A stretch of DNA of 64,000 nucleotides, from contig OZ024743.1 in assembly GCA_964016885.1 (NCBI GenBank), positions 265,670,001 to 265,734,000 of the forward strand. Direction: 5' to 3'. Source of the DNA: Eledone cirrhosa. Lineage: Eukaryota. A program made the position numbers and the translations under genes. Below are positions 26,096 through 40,203 of the stretch, in pieces (position 1 is the first letter of the stretch; each line of letters starts with the position of its first letter). Under the pieces are notes generated by a model, which did no database searches, was not told the DNA's origin, and worked only from the letters and a program-made list of their open reading frames with translations.

Positions 26096-28889
26096 CGTGT
26101 TCGGACACAGTATTAGGCTGTTGATATGCATGCTTCAGTAACTGCTCGAATTGACCTATTTCAGTAAACAGTGAAGCTATATAATTTAGCACCGTATTAT
26201 TCTATGTCTTCAGGTTTTATAAAACAGTATGTAGTAATGTTAGAGAGATTTGGCTTATATTTTTAGCATGTCAACCTAAACAATATGGAAGATGCATTTT
26301 TCGTGTGCCGTCCGCTGTATCAGTCTGTTATATATATTCAATCATTATGGCTAAATATCACTTCCGTTTGTCCTTGTAATGAATCATCTTATACACTGAA
26401 TCAAAGGATTATTTACAATATTTTTTCTTTATATCTTCTCTGATGGTTCGTTTTATTCGTAGCTTTTGTTGGCGTTTATATCCCTCATTCTTCACAACAT
26501 TCTCTTCAATTGTACCGAGATAACATCTCATTTTATTATGCTATAGTATGTTTTTTTAATATCATTTCTCTGAAGCACATATTGTCTCTGTCTGCATATT
26601 CTATGAATGTCCGCATTGCTCGCTCGTATTAATCTCTCTGTCACTTATACAGATAAACACACTCTCTCTATTACTCTCATACACACACACATAGTCTCTC
26701 TCTTTCCCCCTATCCCATTCTCTCTCTCTGTATTTATTTATTTATCTGACTGGTTGTATCTCTTACATTCACCCTGTCCCACACTCTCTTTAAATTTCTG
26801 TTCATATATATGTCTCTGTATTGCTCACCCGACACACTCCCACTCTCTCACACACATACACGCGTATAATATATGTATGTATGTGCGTGTGTGTTTGGCT
26901 AAATCACATTTCACTGCCGTCGTCTTTTAGTGTTCCTGCTGCTGAAGATATAAGATAAAACAGGACATTTTCATATTTATATTTTCACGTTTTGACATTT
27001 ATTCTTCGTTTTATAGCAGAAATTGTTATTCAAATGCTATTTATCAGAACTCTCACAATTTTCAGATATAAATATTGGCAAAGAAAGACCATTTCAATGA
27101 TAGGCCGTTTCTATTATATACGACAATTGTATTGTTTGTTTTTTTATATCATTCAAAGAGACTCATCTTATTAAGTCAATGTGAGTTGTCAAAAATATTC
27201 ACCTGGTATTTCAATAATAACGTAAAACGAATTGTATTTTTTACGATTATTTGTATGTTTGTTTACATGTGCGAGTATGTTTGTACTTAACCACGTAGGT
27301 ATGCGTATATATGTACATATGTATTTATGTATATATCTGTATATATGTTTATATAGGAATACATATGTGTGTGTCTGTAGTCCATATATAGGTTAATAAA
27401 CAAAATAATGGGTAGACTATGTTTACTCTCCGCCTGAATAGAGATAAAGCGTACTTGGTCTACTATTCTAATACAATTGTTGATGTCTTTGTTCTTCGTG
27501 TTTTCGTGTCTTACTATTTAACTTATTGCATGGCACTTGCACATCACAGCTCATCAGGTTCTCGCAGATAAGCGTTTCAGTTCGGTCTGGATAAAAGCAC
27601 CAATTTTAAGGCTAAGAGTAGAGGGACTTCTTTTTCATAAGAATATTTTGCAAACTAACCACAAGTATTATAGGGGCACATATATTTACCATAAAACGTC
27701 TAAATATGTAGATTATCTATGAAAATAATAAATAATGTTCCTGTTTACAATTGTAAAAGCAACTATGTAAAATATGATTTGCTGAAGAATTCCAATAAGG
27801 ATGAGACCTGTCAATTTAATTCAAATACAGCAGCATTTCCAATAAGTGATATTCATAGATTTATATCCATTTCTACACTGTGTATGTTTAACTTATAGTG
27901 TGGTATATCTACATGTCATCTAGGAAAAGACGGGAAAATGGTTAATTCTTACTTTATGTACAAACATTTTGAATGAAAACGTCTCGAACACATTTGGTTA
28001 TATACTTTCTTGATTAAGGAGGATTTGAAGCTGAACAACATAAGTATATAACGAATATAAGTTAATTTGTGCGATCAAAATTGCTTAAAAAATTAATTAT
28101 CTATGTTTGCGTTCTGTTTTTCTTCCTTTCAACATGCAGATTTGAGTGTTACCGATGTATTTGTGTGGTTGCTTTTAGACACTGAAGTAGCCATATTATG
28201 TTGTTTGGCAATAATTTGATTGACAATAGTTTAAGCTTTTAAATTTTGTGTAGAATTTAAGCACGTTGTAAGGCACACCTCTGTAATAGCGTTTAGCTCT
28301 AATTCTACTCCCAACCAAGCAGGCATTTGGTCATCAATTCTTTACAAGACGGTAAAATGTAATTTGATAGAGAATTCGGGGCTAATTTTAATAATTCGAG
28401 CCGTTACGCAGATGGTCCCTCTGGTGAAGTGTCCAATTCATTAGTTAATTTCTCCAATGTAGCATATGCAATATTTTGTTCTGATATGTCTTCATCCGTA
28501 TTCATTTCTCGCGCTACATATCACATGGTGTTATCGCCTAAATTATTGAGATGAAATCTCGTCGGTGTATTTGGTCTGTAATTCTCATCAATCTTTCTTC
28601 GCTTTTGACAGGCTGCACTGTGTTAATTAGTCTTTTTAACTTCAACAGAGAAAGCAAAATGTTCCATGAAGAAGGAACTATTTTGAGCAGTTTCCAAAAA
28701 TATTTCCAATTTACTTGTGTTGGTATTGTTATATTCTAATATTTATTACGTTTGGCATTTACGTATTCTACGTATTCAATTTTGTTTTTAATGATATGTT
28801 ATTCACTACCCGTCAGGGATACTCAAGGAGACATTATCCAGAACATTTTATTAACCACCATTCCATTTTATTTTTCCATTGAATCTATT

Positions 28890-29030
28890 GTGGCGAATTA
28901 GCAGAGTCGTTAAAGCGTCCGATTCCTTGTTGTATTAATTCTTGAGTTCCTGATTTCTGTGTAATGAGTTCAAATGCTGCAGGCGTCAACTCTTAATTTC
29001 ATCAGTTCGGGTTCAATAAATACATTGTTA
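28890..29030 (+). mobile_element. Diverged tRNA-derived SINE
   Basis: GGCGAATTAGCAGAGTCGTTAAAGCGTC..GAGTTCAAATGCTGCAGGCGTCAACT..TTTCATCAGTTCGGGTTCAATAAA. Confidence 0.6.
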
Positions 29031-29144
29031 ACCTAGTAAGGTGATTGATTATTTTCTCACTTTGTCTTTCTCCATCTCTTTCTCTCCCTTTTTATGTGAT
29101 TCTCTAATTTGTTATCCCCTTATTCTCTCTCTTGGAAAACAATC

Positions 29145-29520
29145 GACATTGGCCGGACTTGTCGTGGAATGGGCTCTACCATATTTAGATACACATCAGA
29201 CCGTATGTGACGGCAGCACCTAAAACAATTCCAAGACACATTGGTGGTGAGGCGAGGCAATCTAGAAGGATATTTGTTTTTTTTCGTTTTTTCCGCGGGG
29301 TGCAGCACCAATAGCGCCACGCCCTACGCCAAGAGCCCACCCATCAACTTAATTCTTCTGTGACGTTAGAGCCTTTGCCTTTTCCCTCCCTTTTCGCTTT
29401 TATATTTTCTTATTTTACATCCCATTCTTTATTCTCAATCTATTTTTTTCTTTTTCTATTATTTTTGTTTTGTGTTTACTATTATAAACACCCATAAATA
29501 ATCACTTTTCAGTAAAAAAA
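29145..29520 (+). mobile_element. Possible L1/Tx1-type 3' end fragment
   Basis: Decayed ORF2-end-like sequence (..HIRPYV..QFQDTL..), pyrimidine-rich 3' UTR and short A tail. Confidence 0.35.
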
Positions 29521-29590
29521 GTTATCAAATAATCTTATTAAATTTAAAGACTGTAAACGACAACGATTTAGAAGCCATTCATAGCTTGGC

Positions 29591-29825
29591 GGTTGTACCC
29601 TTGGCAGTAGAGACTTCTGGTGTCCTTGGCCCTAGGCTACTCCCCTACTTACCCCCATAGGCAATGAGCTGGCCAGCCGCAGGTGTGAGCCTCGCGAGAT
29701 GGAATGGTTCTTCCAGCGCAACTCCCTTACCAGCCGGAGTTGTGGGGTGGCCAGCAAGTGGGACCCGATTTGCTCATAATGCAGAGAGATGCGGAGGGTC
29801 AGAGAGATATAGAAGATGACAGTGG
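29591..29825 (+). mobile_element. CRE-derived fragment flanked by a 49-bp direct repeat
   Basis: Homologous to 25811-26080. Direct repeats at 29542-29590 and 29826-29874. Confidence 0.7.
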
Positions 29826-30800
29826 ATTTAAAGACTGTAAGCGGCAATGATTTAGAAGCCATTCATAGTTTGGCATTCGACACGTAGTGATTCCCTCGTA
29901 AGCCAGTCGTTGTTAGTCTTTGACGCGGTCAATATTCAGCGGATTATAGATATGTAGGGTAATAATCAAGTTGTATTTGTAATTTAGCCCATGGAAGGTT
30001 TGATTAAACCAACCTATGATCAAATACATTCCGGCCGTGAGCATCAAGCATTTATTCAATCTTTCTATGTACGGTAACTCGTGAGCTTTTCTGGTTTTCG
30101 ACGGAGCTTTTCTTCAAATTTGAGTTAGATGTGTTTGCATTTTTTTTATGATTCATCGAGCGACAACATAAACACATCCTGGTTTATTCACTTGAGGTAA
30201 CGTTGAGATTTTGAACGTCTTATTTGTTGACTGAGAACGGTGGGTTTTAATTGGAGAATTCTTTTTGATATAACTAGATTTAGAATGTTGAGCCTACAGC
30301 ATGCTTTCAGAGTAAAATCGATATTTGAAACTTGCAGTTCTATCGGGCAGCGATATATTGGCTCCCTCGTTGGTTCGTTTATGTCAGACATGTAATTTCT
30401 CCACGGAAGAAGGTAGCGGGAATGGTGAATTCTGTTTAATATGATATGGTTTAGAATTGTCATCCTATAGCATATTTTGATGAGTGAAATCGATATAACT
30501 TAGCCTTTAGTTTCATATGTCAAACGTAAACAAAACTGAATATTTTAACAATAGTTTAACTCCATAAGAAATAGGAAAAAACTCAACTGTAGCACACATA
30601 CAGTATAATGAATCCCTGTACAAATGTAGTTATTTATAGGTGGTAAAGTTTTTATCTCTTATTTGGGATCTGGTTTTGACTTCGAAAAAAAGAAATAACT
30701 TTTAGATAACTGCCAAAATAGATCCGTGTATGTTTTTTGGTTTTTAGTTTGTACATATGTATGAATGTATCTATGTATTTATGTATGCATGTATGTATGC

Positions 30801-30886
<86 letters not shown>

Positions 30887-31209
30887 GTACCTATATATAT
30901 GTATCTATGTATGAATGTATACATGTATGTATATATATGTAAGATTGTATTATGTATGTGTATATATGTGTGGGTACTATGTATATGTGTATGTATTTAT
31001 GTATGTATTCTTGTATTTATGTATGTATGCGTGTGTGTGTGTATCGTTATATATGTGAGTATGGTTAAATCACCAGAGTTGACATAGTGACCATTACTGC
31101 TTCTTTTCTGAAATAGTTCTATTTAGATGTTTTCTTTCCTGCATTTTTGTCATAAACGTTGGTGTTAAGAAAAAGTAGGAATTGTAGAGAGAACGAAAGA
31201 CAGGACAAG

Positions 31210-31347
<138 letters not shown>

Positions 31348-31840
31348 AATATGAAGAGGAACCACAAAGTAAACGTCGCATAATTTCAACGAACCAAGCT
31401 ATGGAAAAGATAAATGAAGCTTCGAGCCTTGGGCTTGCAAATTTCAGATCCTATCGATTGAGTCAGCTGCATTGCCCTACAGTTTAACATGTTTACAAAT
31501 CAGATTCTGCATTCGCCTGTCAAAAACTTGCACTAATCTTCAAAGAAAAAAAAACAAAAAACAAAAACATTTGCCAAACTTTTGCTACAATGAGCTGTCC
31601 ACTATTTACTTATGGCTAATTTTTTAGATATACATTATATTTTTTTAATGAGAACGAGGGAACGTTAATGTTTGGATATATAACATTTTAATGAAGTAAA
31701 CTCTATTGAAATATCTCATCGCCTAATTATTATGAGCTCTGATTCAAACATGTTTCATCTTGATAGGATAATGGTTCTACAAAATCCCCATTCCCAACAC
31801 TTGCCATGTATGTATGTACGTATGTGTTTTCCAGACACCA

Positions 31841-32022
<182 letters not shown>

Positions 32023-32659
32023 TAATTAGATTTGTGTGCGTGTTTGTATGTTCCTATTCGTGTCTAAATAAAGATGTTTTACCTATACAGTATACATGTA
32101 GAGTGACACCAGTCAAAAAATATACTCTTACTAATACAAAGTAACATATATACGTACTTACATATTTATTTATCAATATATAATCAAAATATATATATAC
32201 AAGCATGTTTATATGTTTTCTCAAGTTTATAATCATTACTTTAAACCTATTTCTTAATTGCCTTTTTGGCACCAGACCAGTTTTGAAACTTTATTATTTA
32301 ATACAACTTTTTTTATTTGTTTAATGTTATTTCTGAAATAGTTTTATTAGTTTCTTTAATCTCTTAATGTAATTTAAACAGACACAGTGAAAAACAGAAC
32401 ACAGCATTCAAGACTAGTCGATGTCTTTACTTACATAGAATTAGAGCAGGAATATAATTCTTGGTAAAAGTAAATATACTAATAAATTCCAAATAATCTA
32501 CAACTAGATGGCATCAGCAATACAAATCAAACATATTTAAAGTACTTTCTGAAAAGCTACAAAGACATTTTTTTGGTATTTTTTCTTCTTATTTCATTTT
32601 CATGTTAAACCATTCCCAATAATTTTTTGATTTGGTTTTTGTAAATTAAATTAATTAAA

Positions 32660-33340
32660 TCTTCTTCTTCTTCTTCTTCTTCTTCTTCTTCTTCTTCTTC
32701 TTCTTCTTCTTCTTCTTCTTCTTCTTCTTCTTCTTCTTCTTCTTCTTCTTCTTCTTCTTCTTCGGAGGGCCGTGGGGGAAGAGTCTGAGAAGCAACCGGC
32801 TCCTGCTCTTGGATCGGTTGGTTTTCCTCGTAAAGTCTGGCCAGCGATTCTTTCCTCACCAGTTTAACCCCAGGTATATAGTGTCTGAACTGTGATCATT
32901 CTATTAGGAGAAGTAGCAGCTCTACCTGGAGTGACGTTCTGATCTATGAGCTACACACTTTATCGAGTAATGTTACACTACAACCCTTCCGAGGAACTCC
33001 ACTTCGGCCACTCGTATTCTTTCAGTCATTATCCCAGATTTAGGATTAGTGGTAAACATTGAAGATGGTGTGTTTGGACTTTACAACTACTCCTTTGTTG
33101 TAGTGACCGAATGCAGAAACTGGCCCATTACTGCAGCAGATCCTGCAATTCTTATACTTAATTCAGTGCACTGACACCTACCCTTCTTGAAGACGGGACT
33201 GAGATACTTGAAATTCCCCACCTGCTTCACCCGTAGAGTCCAGTGCAAAGGGCTTATTGAGAGGATGAGTGTATCAGACTTCACAGCACTGATTTCCCAT
33301 ATAGCCGTGCAACAGAAACTGCCAAGATGAACAGACCCCA
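32660..33340 (-). mobile_element. RTE-like LINE 3' fragment with (GAA)n tail
   Basis: EISAVKSD..LRVKQVGNFKYLS..ELSIRIAGSAAVM..TTTKE resembles RT domain 7 and thumb of RTE-group LINEs. (CTT)n at 32660-32763 lies at its 3' end. Confidence 0.55.
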
Positions 33341-34020
33341 CACTATTTCATCGTCTTCGGTTTGCTCAAGGAGTTTTCTGTATTTAGATGCAATATTGTC
33401 CTCCAGCGCCTCCGTTTTATCCTGTAGGTTGAGCTGGACCGGCAAGGTTTGGGGACTTTTTTTAGCTTTAGGTAATTTCAGATGGTAGAAAACTAGATTT
33501 TGATCATTTGATAGGTTGTCATTAGGCTATATCACTCAGTCTTAACGATATGTAACGTTGTTGAGACTCCATCAAGGAAGGATCTGTATTCGGACTCTCT
33601 CTTTGTCGCGTAAAGTTGCATCCTCCACAGGGACCTTAGGTCTAAAATTCAAGAGACAAACCCACCTCATCCAAATAGAAACCAGCCGATAACACATTCT
33701 GACACCAGGTCTTGTAAGTGTTGCTACTGCCACAACCGCAGTCATTTCTGGCGCCATACACTTAATTATGTTTTCTTTTAATTTAGAGCCTGACAAAAAT
33801 ATAGGGATGAAATTGGAGTTACGCGTTCTAATTCTACTAGATAGTCGGATGTGTTTCACCATTCTTATGAGTTTTGTGATTGCATTCAAATATTGGTTTC
33901 GATGGTGTATTGCATAAAATGCCGTCTGTGAAAAACGTTGGTCAACATCTCACTTCCTGCAGAATTGGCTGTTGTGAGTGGTCCGTCACCGCCTTTCTTG
34001 CAGCGTAATACAGCGGATTC

Positions 34021-34041
34021 AGAGAGAGAGAGAGAGGGAGG

Positions 34042-34137
<96 letters not shown>
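34021..34137. repeat. (GA)n microsatellite
   Basis: Direct reading. Confidence 0.95.
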
Positions 34138-34138
<1 letters not shown>

Positions 34139-34632
34139 GTGGGGAGAGAGAAAGAATCAAATCAAGTTCGATTAATTGACTGCTAGTAAAATTTTCGAAC
34201 AAAGAAGGCAGGAAGAAAACATTGACCGCGTTTGGAAGGTGAGATTTATAGAGAGTCGGAACAAATCAGTAATGACATTCTATCTGGCGCTCTAACGACG
34301 TTCCCAAATACTTAGATAAGGGGTGGACGAAATAATTTCATCAATGTTTCTTATCTTTCTTAAACGTTTCCAGTATTGAAGCGCTTGACAAAATCATCTT
34401 CGAAATATTGAAAATTAATAAATTTGTTACCAGTAATAAGTTGAGGGATACAAGGTTATGGTAGCTCTTGAAAAATAACTAGAAAACTGAAAACCAGGTT
34501 ACGCCAAACATTAAAATAAAGTAAAAAAAATAATGGCACTATGGAAAGCCGATGAAAAATGTTGTGGGGGAAAATAGCTTGTTCAAGATGAAGGAAGAAA
34601 GTCAATACTGTTAACTCAATACATACACACAA

Positions 34633-34757
<125 letters not shown>

Positions 34758-34781
34758 AGTATATATCTATATATATATATC

Positions 34782-34812
<31 letters not shown>

Positions 34813-36513
34813 CATATATATATAGAGAGAGATCGAGAGATAGATAGATATACATGCGAGTGTGTTTGTGTGTGTCTGGTCTGCATGTGTGTGTATGTTT
34901 GTGTTTACATTCAACCATTTAGCATTTATTAATTGTTATTCTTCCTTAGTGTCCTACTTAGAATTCTGTATTGTTTCCTAAATCCAAACGTATCTTCGGG
35001 TCCTATATATTATTTATAAGTTATTCCTTTAAAATATATTTGTACTTTTCATGATGAAGTTCCAGATTTCTTATATATCGAAATCTTTCCTATTTTAATG
35101 TAGCTTTTTGCTTTTTGCAAAATCAATTTTTATAAGTAATCGTTTATCATTTTTCCTCATATGGTTTCCTGATATTGTGTTTTTACTTGCATTCATACGT
35201 TTATATACATGCATACATACATCCATTATATATATATATGCGGAGTTTGAAAATTGAGAAGAGTTTAGAAAGTAGATCGACATAATGCTGAGGATTTTCA
35301 GTGAAGATATAAATAGTCGTTCGTAAAACAAAGTAACACTAGTGGACCATGACTTTAAATTCAACTAGCGCAGTCAGGAACGTCATTTAGGTATAGAACC
35401 CTAAAGACGCAGGACACGCTGCTCTACTAACAGAAGCAATCAAAAAATTTCCCGGTGTAGATCTATGGTGTCGCGATATTAATGGACGTTAAAGACATAT
35501 AAAATATCAGATTTAGTAAAAGCAAGAAACTGCCGTTTCACTAAAATATTCTTGGTATGAATAGAAGTGGTTACAATCAGTATGCATCGATAATCGATGC
35601 ATACTAATTGTATGCGGCGTGCAGAGCTCTGGTGATGCCCAGGGCAAATCTTGATCGTATGCCCCAAAGACTCAAGTATAAGGTCTAATATACTGAGAAA
35701 TATTAGGAGAAAGGAAAACATTTTGAATATATAAACACAGATGAAACATGAAATACACGTTTTATTCGATTTTAATATAAATCAATCAAATTATTAAGTT
35801 CTTTTCATTCAAAGGATGCCCGGGGCCAACGTACCATCGACCACTAATCCCCCCTCTGCACTCTACTGCATCGATTCCTTTTCGAATCCCTCACGTATCC
35901 ATTTAACCCTCATATACCATTTGCAAATCATGAGCATTACAGCAATTTACCTCCCTACCTATTAAAATATAATGAAGCTTTAGATAGAGACAGGATGTGA
36001 CTATATGTCATCGAATCTGGTACGTTACAACTCGTCATGTGCATGTAAGCGCTGCGCCGGTTAGTGATTTGCAAGTTGCTTACCTGTACCTCGGGTATTT
36101 TAAACGGAAGTCATTTTATTAGAAAATATGAGGATATGAGTTTGAGTAGAGTTTTTTTCTTCTCTCTGCCGGTCATATAGACCTTGAATATGCTATGTGT
36201 ATAATCGTTCTGCTCCCGACTAAACCATCAACAAAGTCGTACTGTATATCGAGGTCGAACGTGTGTCAGTGGAAGTTTCTGTATGCATATGAATGTGCAT
36301 GTGTGTGTGTGTGTATATATATGTGTGTGCGTGTGTGTGTGTTTGCATGGGTGTGTGTGCGTGTACGTATGTGTTACACAGAAGTAGATTTGTGTTGAAC
36401 GCGTAAAGAAAGAGAAAGAGGGAAATAGAGAATATATGTTTTCTCCGTAATCTACTTAATCTTCCCTTTTATATATATATTTATATATATCTAGGGCGGC
36501 TAAAATTCCCGAC

Positions 36514-36615
<102 letters not shown>

Positions 36616-36825
36616 TATATATATACATATTGTTATACTTGGGGAGGGTCATATTTGTGTAATATTGCCTGAATTAATAACAGAACACACTCACTGTTTG
36701 GTTGGTTTTCGCTTCTGTGTCTTTTATATCGGTTAATTTAATTTATTCGGTCCTCAATGTTACCATTGACTAACCAACGGTCAAAAATACAGATGCAATA
36801 TAGACACAAACACATATATATAGTA

Positions 36826-36868
36826 TATCAAAGTTCTTTCGTTGCACATCTGCAACATCGTCTATATT
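36826..36868 (-). ncRNA. Decayed minimal hammerhead (duplicate at ~39006-39048)
   Basis: Minus strand reads AATA TAGACGA T GTTGCA-GATG-TGCAAC GAAA GAAC TT TGATA. It shares GAAAGAACTTTGA with the HHR at 8792; the CUGA box is mutated. Confidence 0.45.
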
Positions 36869-36949
36869 GTATTATTGCTCTGATTATTTAATTTACGTGA
36901 CCGGTTGCAACATATATATCTATGACTTTATGTTTATGTATATGTAAAC

Positions 36950-37066
<117 letters not shown>

Positions 37067-37074
37067 TATACATA

Positions 37075-37111
37075 TAGTCGTCGAAACGGCTTGAGCTCAG
37101 CCGTCGGGGTC
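37075..37111 (+). ncRNA. 3' half of a hammerhead (related copies at ~37376-37413, ~39215-39251, ~39516-39553)
   Basis: GAAA CGGC TTGAGCTCA GCCG TC GGGGTC: 4-bp stem III, palindromic loop TGAGCTCA, GUC triplet. The CUGANGA half is absent. Confidence 0.6.
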
Positions 37112-37623
37112 CTACTCGTTCCTATTACCCACTCTTCTACCCTAAGTATTGAGTACTTTGGTGCGTTATGGTCCACCTGGTTACTTATCAAATTTCCTTC
37201 GTTATATATATATATATATTAGAATTGTTGCTCTGAAATAGCGATGTATATATGATGCATATACCAACAGTATGAAACAGAGATCTACAGTGTATTGGCA
37301 AACACACTATATATAGGAAAAAGTATGACTCTGAAAGCAGAGCTCAAGCCGTTTCAACGACTATTTAGTCGAGAAATAGTCGTCGAAACGGCTTGAGCTC
37401 TGCTGTCGGGGTCATACTTTTTTCCTATTTTCGACTCTACTACCCAAATATTGAGTACTCTGGTGCGTTATGGTCCGTCTGTTCCCTTACCACAATTTCT
37501 TTGTTATATATATATATATATATACATATATATATGCATATGTGTGTGTGTGTGTGTATATTTTATATATATATATATGTAAATATAACGAAGGAATACT
37601 GCCGCCGGGGTCTTGAACATTTT

Positions 37624-37727
<104 letters not shown>

Positions 37728-37737
37728 TAATATAGAT

Positions 37738-37788
37738 GAAATTATACAGGACTAGAACTGTTTCATTCTTTAGAAGTCATCAGGAATC
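37738..37788 (-). ncRNA. Type I hammerhead ribozyme, left arm of an inverted pair
   Basis: Minus strand reads GATTC CTGATGA CTTC-TAAA-GAAT GAAA CAG-TTCTAGTC-CTG TA TAATTTC. Confidence 0.65.
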
Positions 37789-37792
37789 ATCA

Positions 37793-37845
37793 GAGATACC
37801 TGATGATTTCTAAAGAATGAAACAGTTCTAGTCCTGTAGAATCTC
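37793..37845 (+). ncRNA. Type I hammerhead ribozyme, right arm of an inverted pair
   Basis: GAGATAC CTGATGA TTTC-TAAA-GAAT GAAA CAG-TTCTAGTC-CTG TA GAATCTC. All core nucleotides present; stem I pairs at 6 of 7 positions; stem III is CAG/CTG. Confidence 0.78.
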
Positions 37846-38005
37846 ATCTATATTAAAACGTTTATACTCTGCAATGTATTGAGTACCTTACTTACTGTGG
37901 TTACCTCCGATTCAACCCGGAATAACGTATATATATATATATATAGGAAAATGCTCAAGACCCCGACGGCAGTCTTCCTTCGTTATATTTATATATATCT
38001 ATATA

Positions 38006-38067
<62 letters not shown>

Positions 38068-38750
38068 TATATATATATGCATATATATATATATTTATAT
38101 ATATGCATATGTATGTATATATGTATATATATGTGTGTGTGACTGTGTGTGCGTGTGTGTGTCTGTGTGTATGTGTGTATGTGTGTATGTGTATATATAC
38201 ACTGAGATAGCGAGATAGATAAATATACATACAATGCGATAACTAACTTCTATAAGGGACCTTTTTAATCCAATGGATGTTTAGAACTATCTACATAGAA
38301 ACAAAATGCACATGTCTTAACCCTGACTGCTTATCCTTGCTCGAACTCTTCATCTTTATTTGTTCTGTTTAATAAGGATGGAATGCTGACCGAAACTGGT
38401 AAAATATTAAAGAACAAAGCAAATATGCAGTACTGTATTGAGAGAGTATACAGGAAGATTTGAAGAACAATGCAAGAAAATATACAAAAGTTCACCCACA
38501 AAGATTCACAGATACAGAGTGACACAAACAGACACAAACACACACACGCGCGCACGTGAACATACAAACACCCTCATTTACTCAAAGGTGTGTGTGCGTG
38601 TACGTATGTGTTACACAGAAGTAGATTTGTGTTGAACGCGTAAAGAAAGAGAAAGAGGGAAATAGAGAATATATGTGTTCTCCGTCATCTACTTAATCTT
38701 CCCTTTTATATATATATTTATATATATCTAGGGCGGCTAAAATTCCCGAC

Positions 38751-38806
<56 letters not shown>

Positions 38807-39151
38807 GTATTGTTATACTTGGGGAGGGTCATATTTGTGTAATATTGCCTGAATTAATAACAGAACACACTCACTGTTTGGTTGGTTTTCGCTTATGTGT
38901 CTTTTATATCGGTTAATTTAATTTATTCGGTCCTCAATGTTACCATTGACTAACCAACGGTCAAAAATACAGATGCAATATAGACACAAACACATATATA
39001 TAGTCTATCAAAGTTCTTTCGTTGCACATCTGCAACATCGTCTATATTGTATTATTGCTCTGATTATTTAATTTACGTGACCGGTTGCAACATATATATA
39101 TCTATGACTTTATGTTTATGTATATGTAAACCTTTATATATATATATATAT

Positions 39152-39206
<55 letters not shown>

Positions 39207-39767
39207 TATACATATAGTCGTCGAAACGGCTTGAGCTCAGCCGTCGGGGTCCTACTCGTTCCTATTACCCACTCTTCTACCCTAAGTATTGAGTACTTTG
39301 GTGCGTTATGGTCCACCTGGTTCCTTATCAAATTTCCTTCGTTATATATATATATATATTAGAATTGTTGCTCTGAAATAGCGATGTATATATGATGCAT
39401 ATACCAACAGTATGAAACAGAGATCTACAGTGTATTGGCAAACACACTATATATAGGAAAAAGTATGACTCTGAAAGCAGAGCTCAAGCCGTTTCAACGA
39501 CTATTTAGTCGAGAAATAGTCGTCGAAACGGCTTGAGCTCTGCTGTCGGGGTCATACTTTTTTCCTATTTTCGACTCTACTACCCAAATATTGAGTACTC
39601 TGGTGCGTTATGGTCCGTCTGTTCCCTTACCACAATTTCTTTGTTATATATATATATATATATATATACATATATATATGCATATGTGTGTGTGTGTGTG
39701 TATATTTTATATATATATATATGTAAATATAACGAAGGAATACTGCCGCCGGGGTCTTGGACATTTT

Positions 39768-39841
<74 letters not shown>

Positions 39842-39906
39842 TAATATAGATGAAATTATACAGGACTAGAACTGTTTCATTCTTTAGAAGTCATCAGGAA
39901 TCATCA

Positions 39907-39959
39907 GAGATACCTGATGATTTCTAAAGAATGAAACAGTTCTAGTCCTGTAGAATCTC
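39907..39959 (+). ncRNA. Type I hammerhead, duplicate of 37793-37845 (inverted partner at ~39852-39902)
   Basis: Identical motif inside the second copy of the tandem duplication. Confidence 0.78.
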
Positions 39960-40111
39960 ATCTATATTAAAACGTTTATACTCTGCAATGTATTGAGTAC
40001 CTTACTTACTGTGGTTACCTCCGATTCAACCCGGAATAACGTATATATATATATATATAGGAAAATGCTCAAGACCCCGACGGCAGTCTTCCTTCGTTAT
40101 ATTTATATATA

Positions 40112-40203
<92 letters not shown>

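Noticed and set aside
37245-37300. ATGATGC..ATAC-CAACA-GTAT GAAA CAG.. as another hammerhead
   Set aside because: The core box and stems I and III are too degenerate to support the call.
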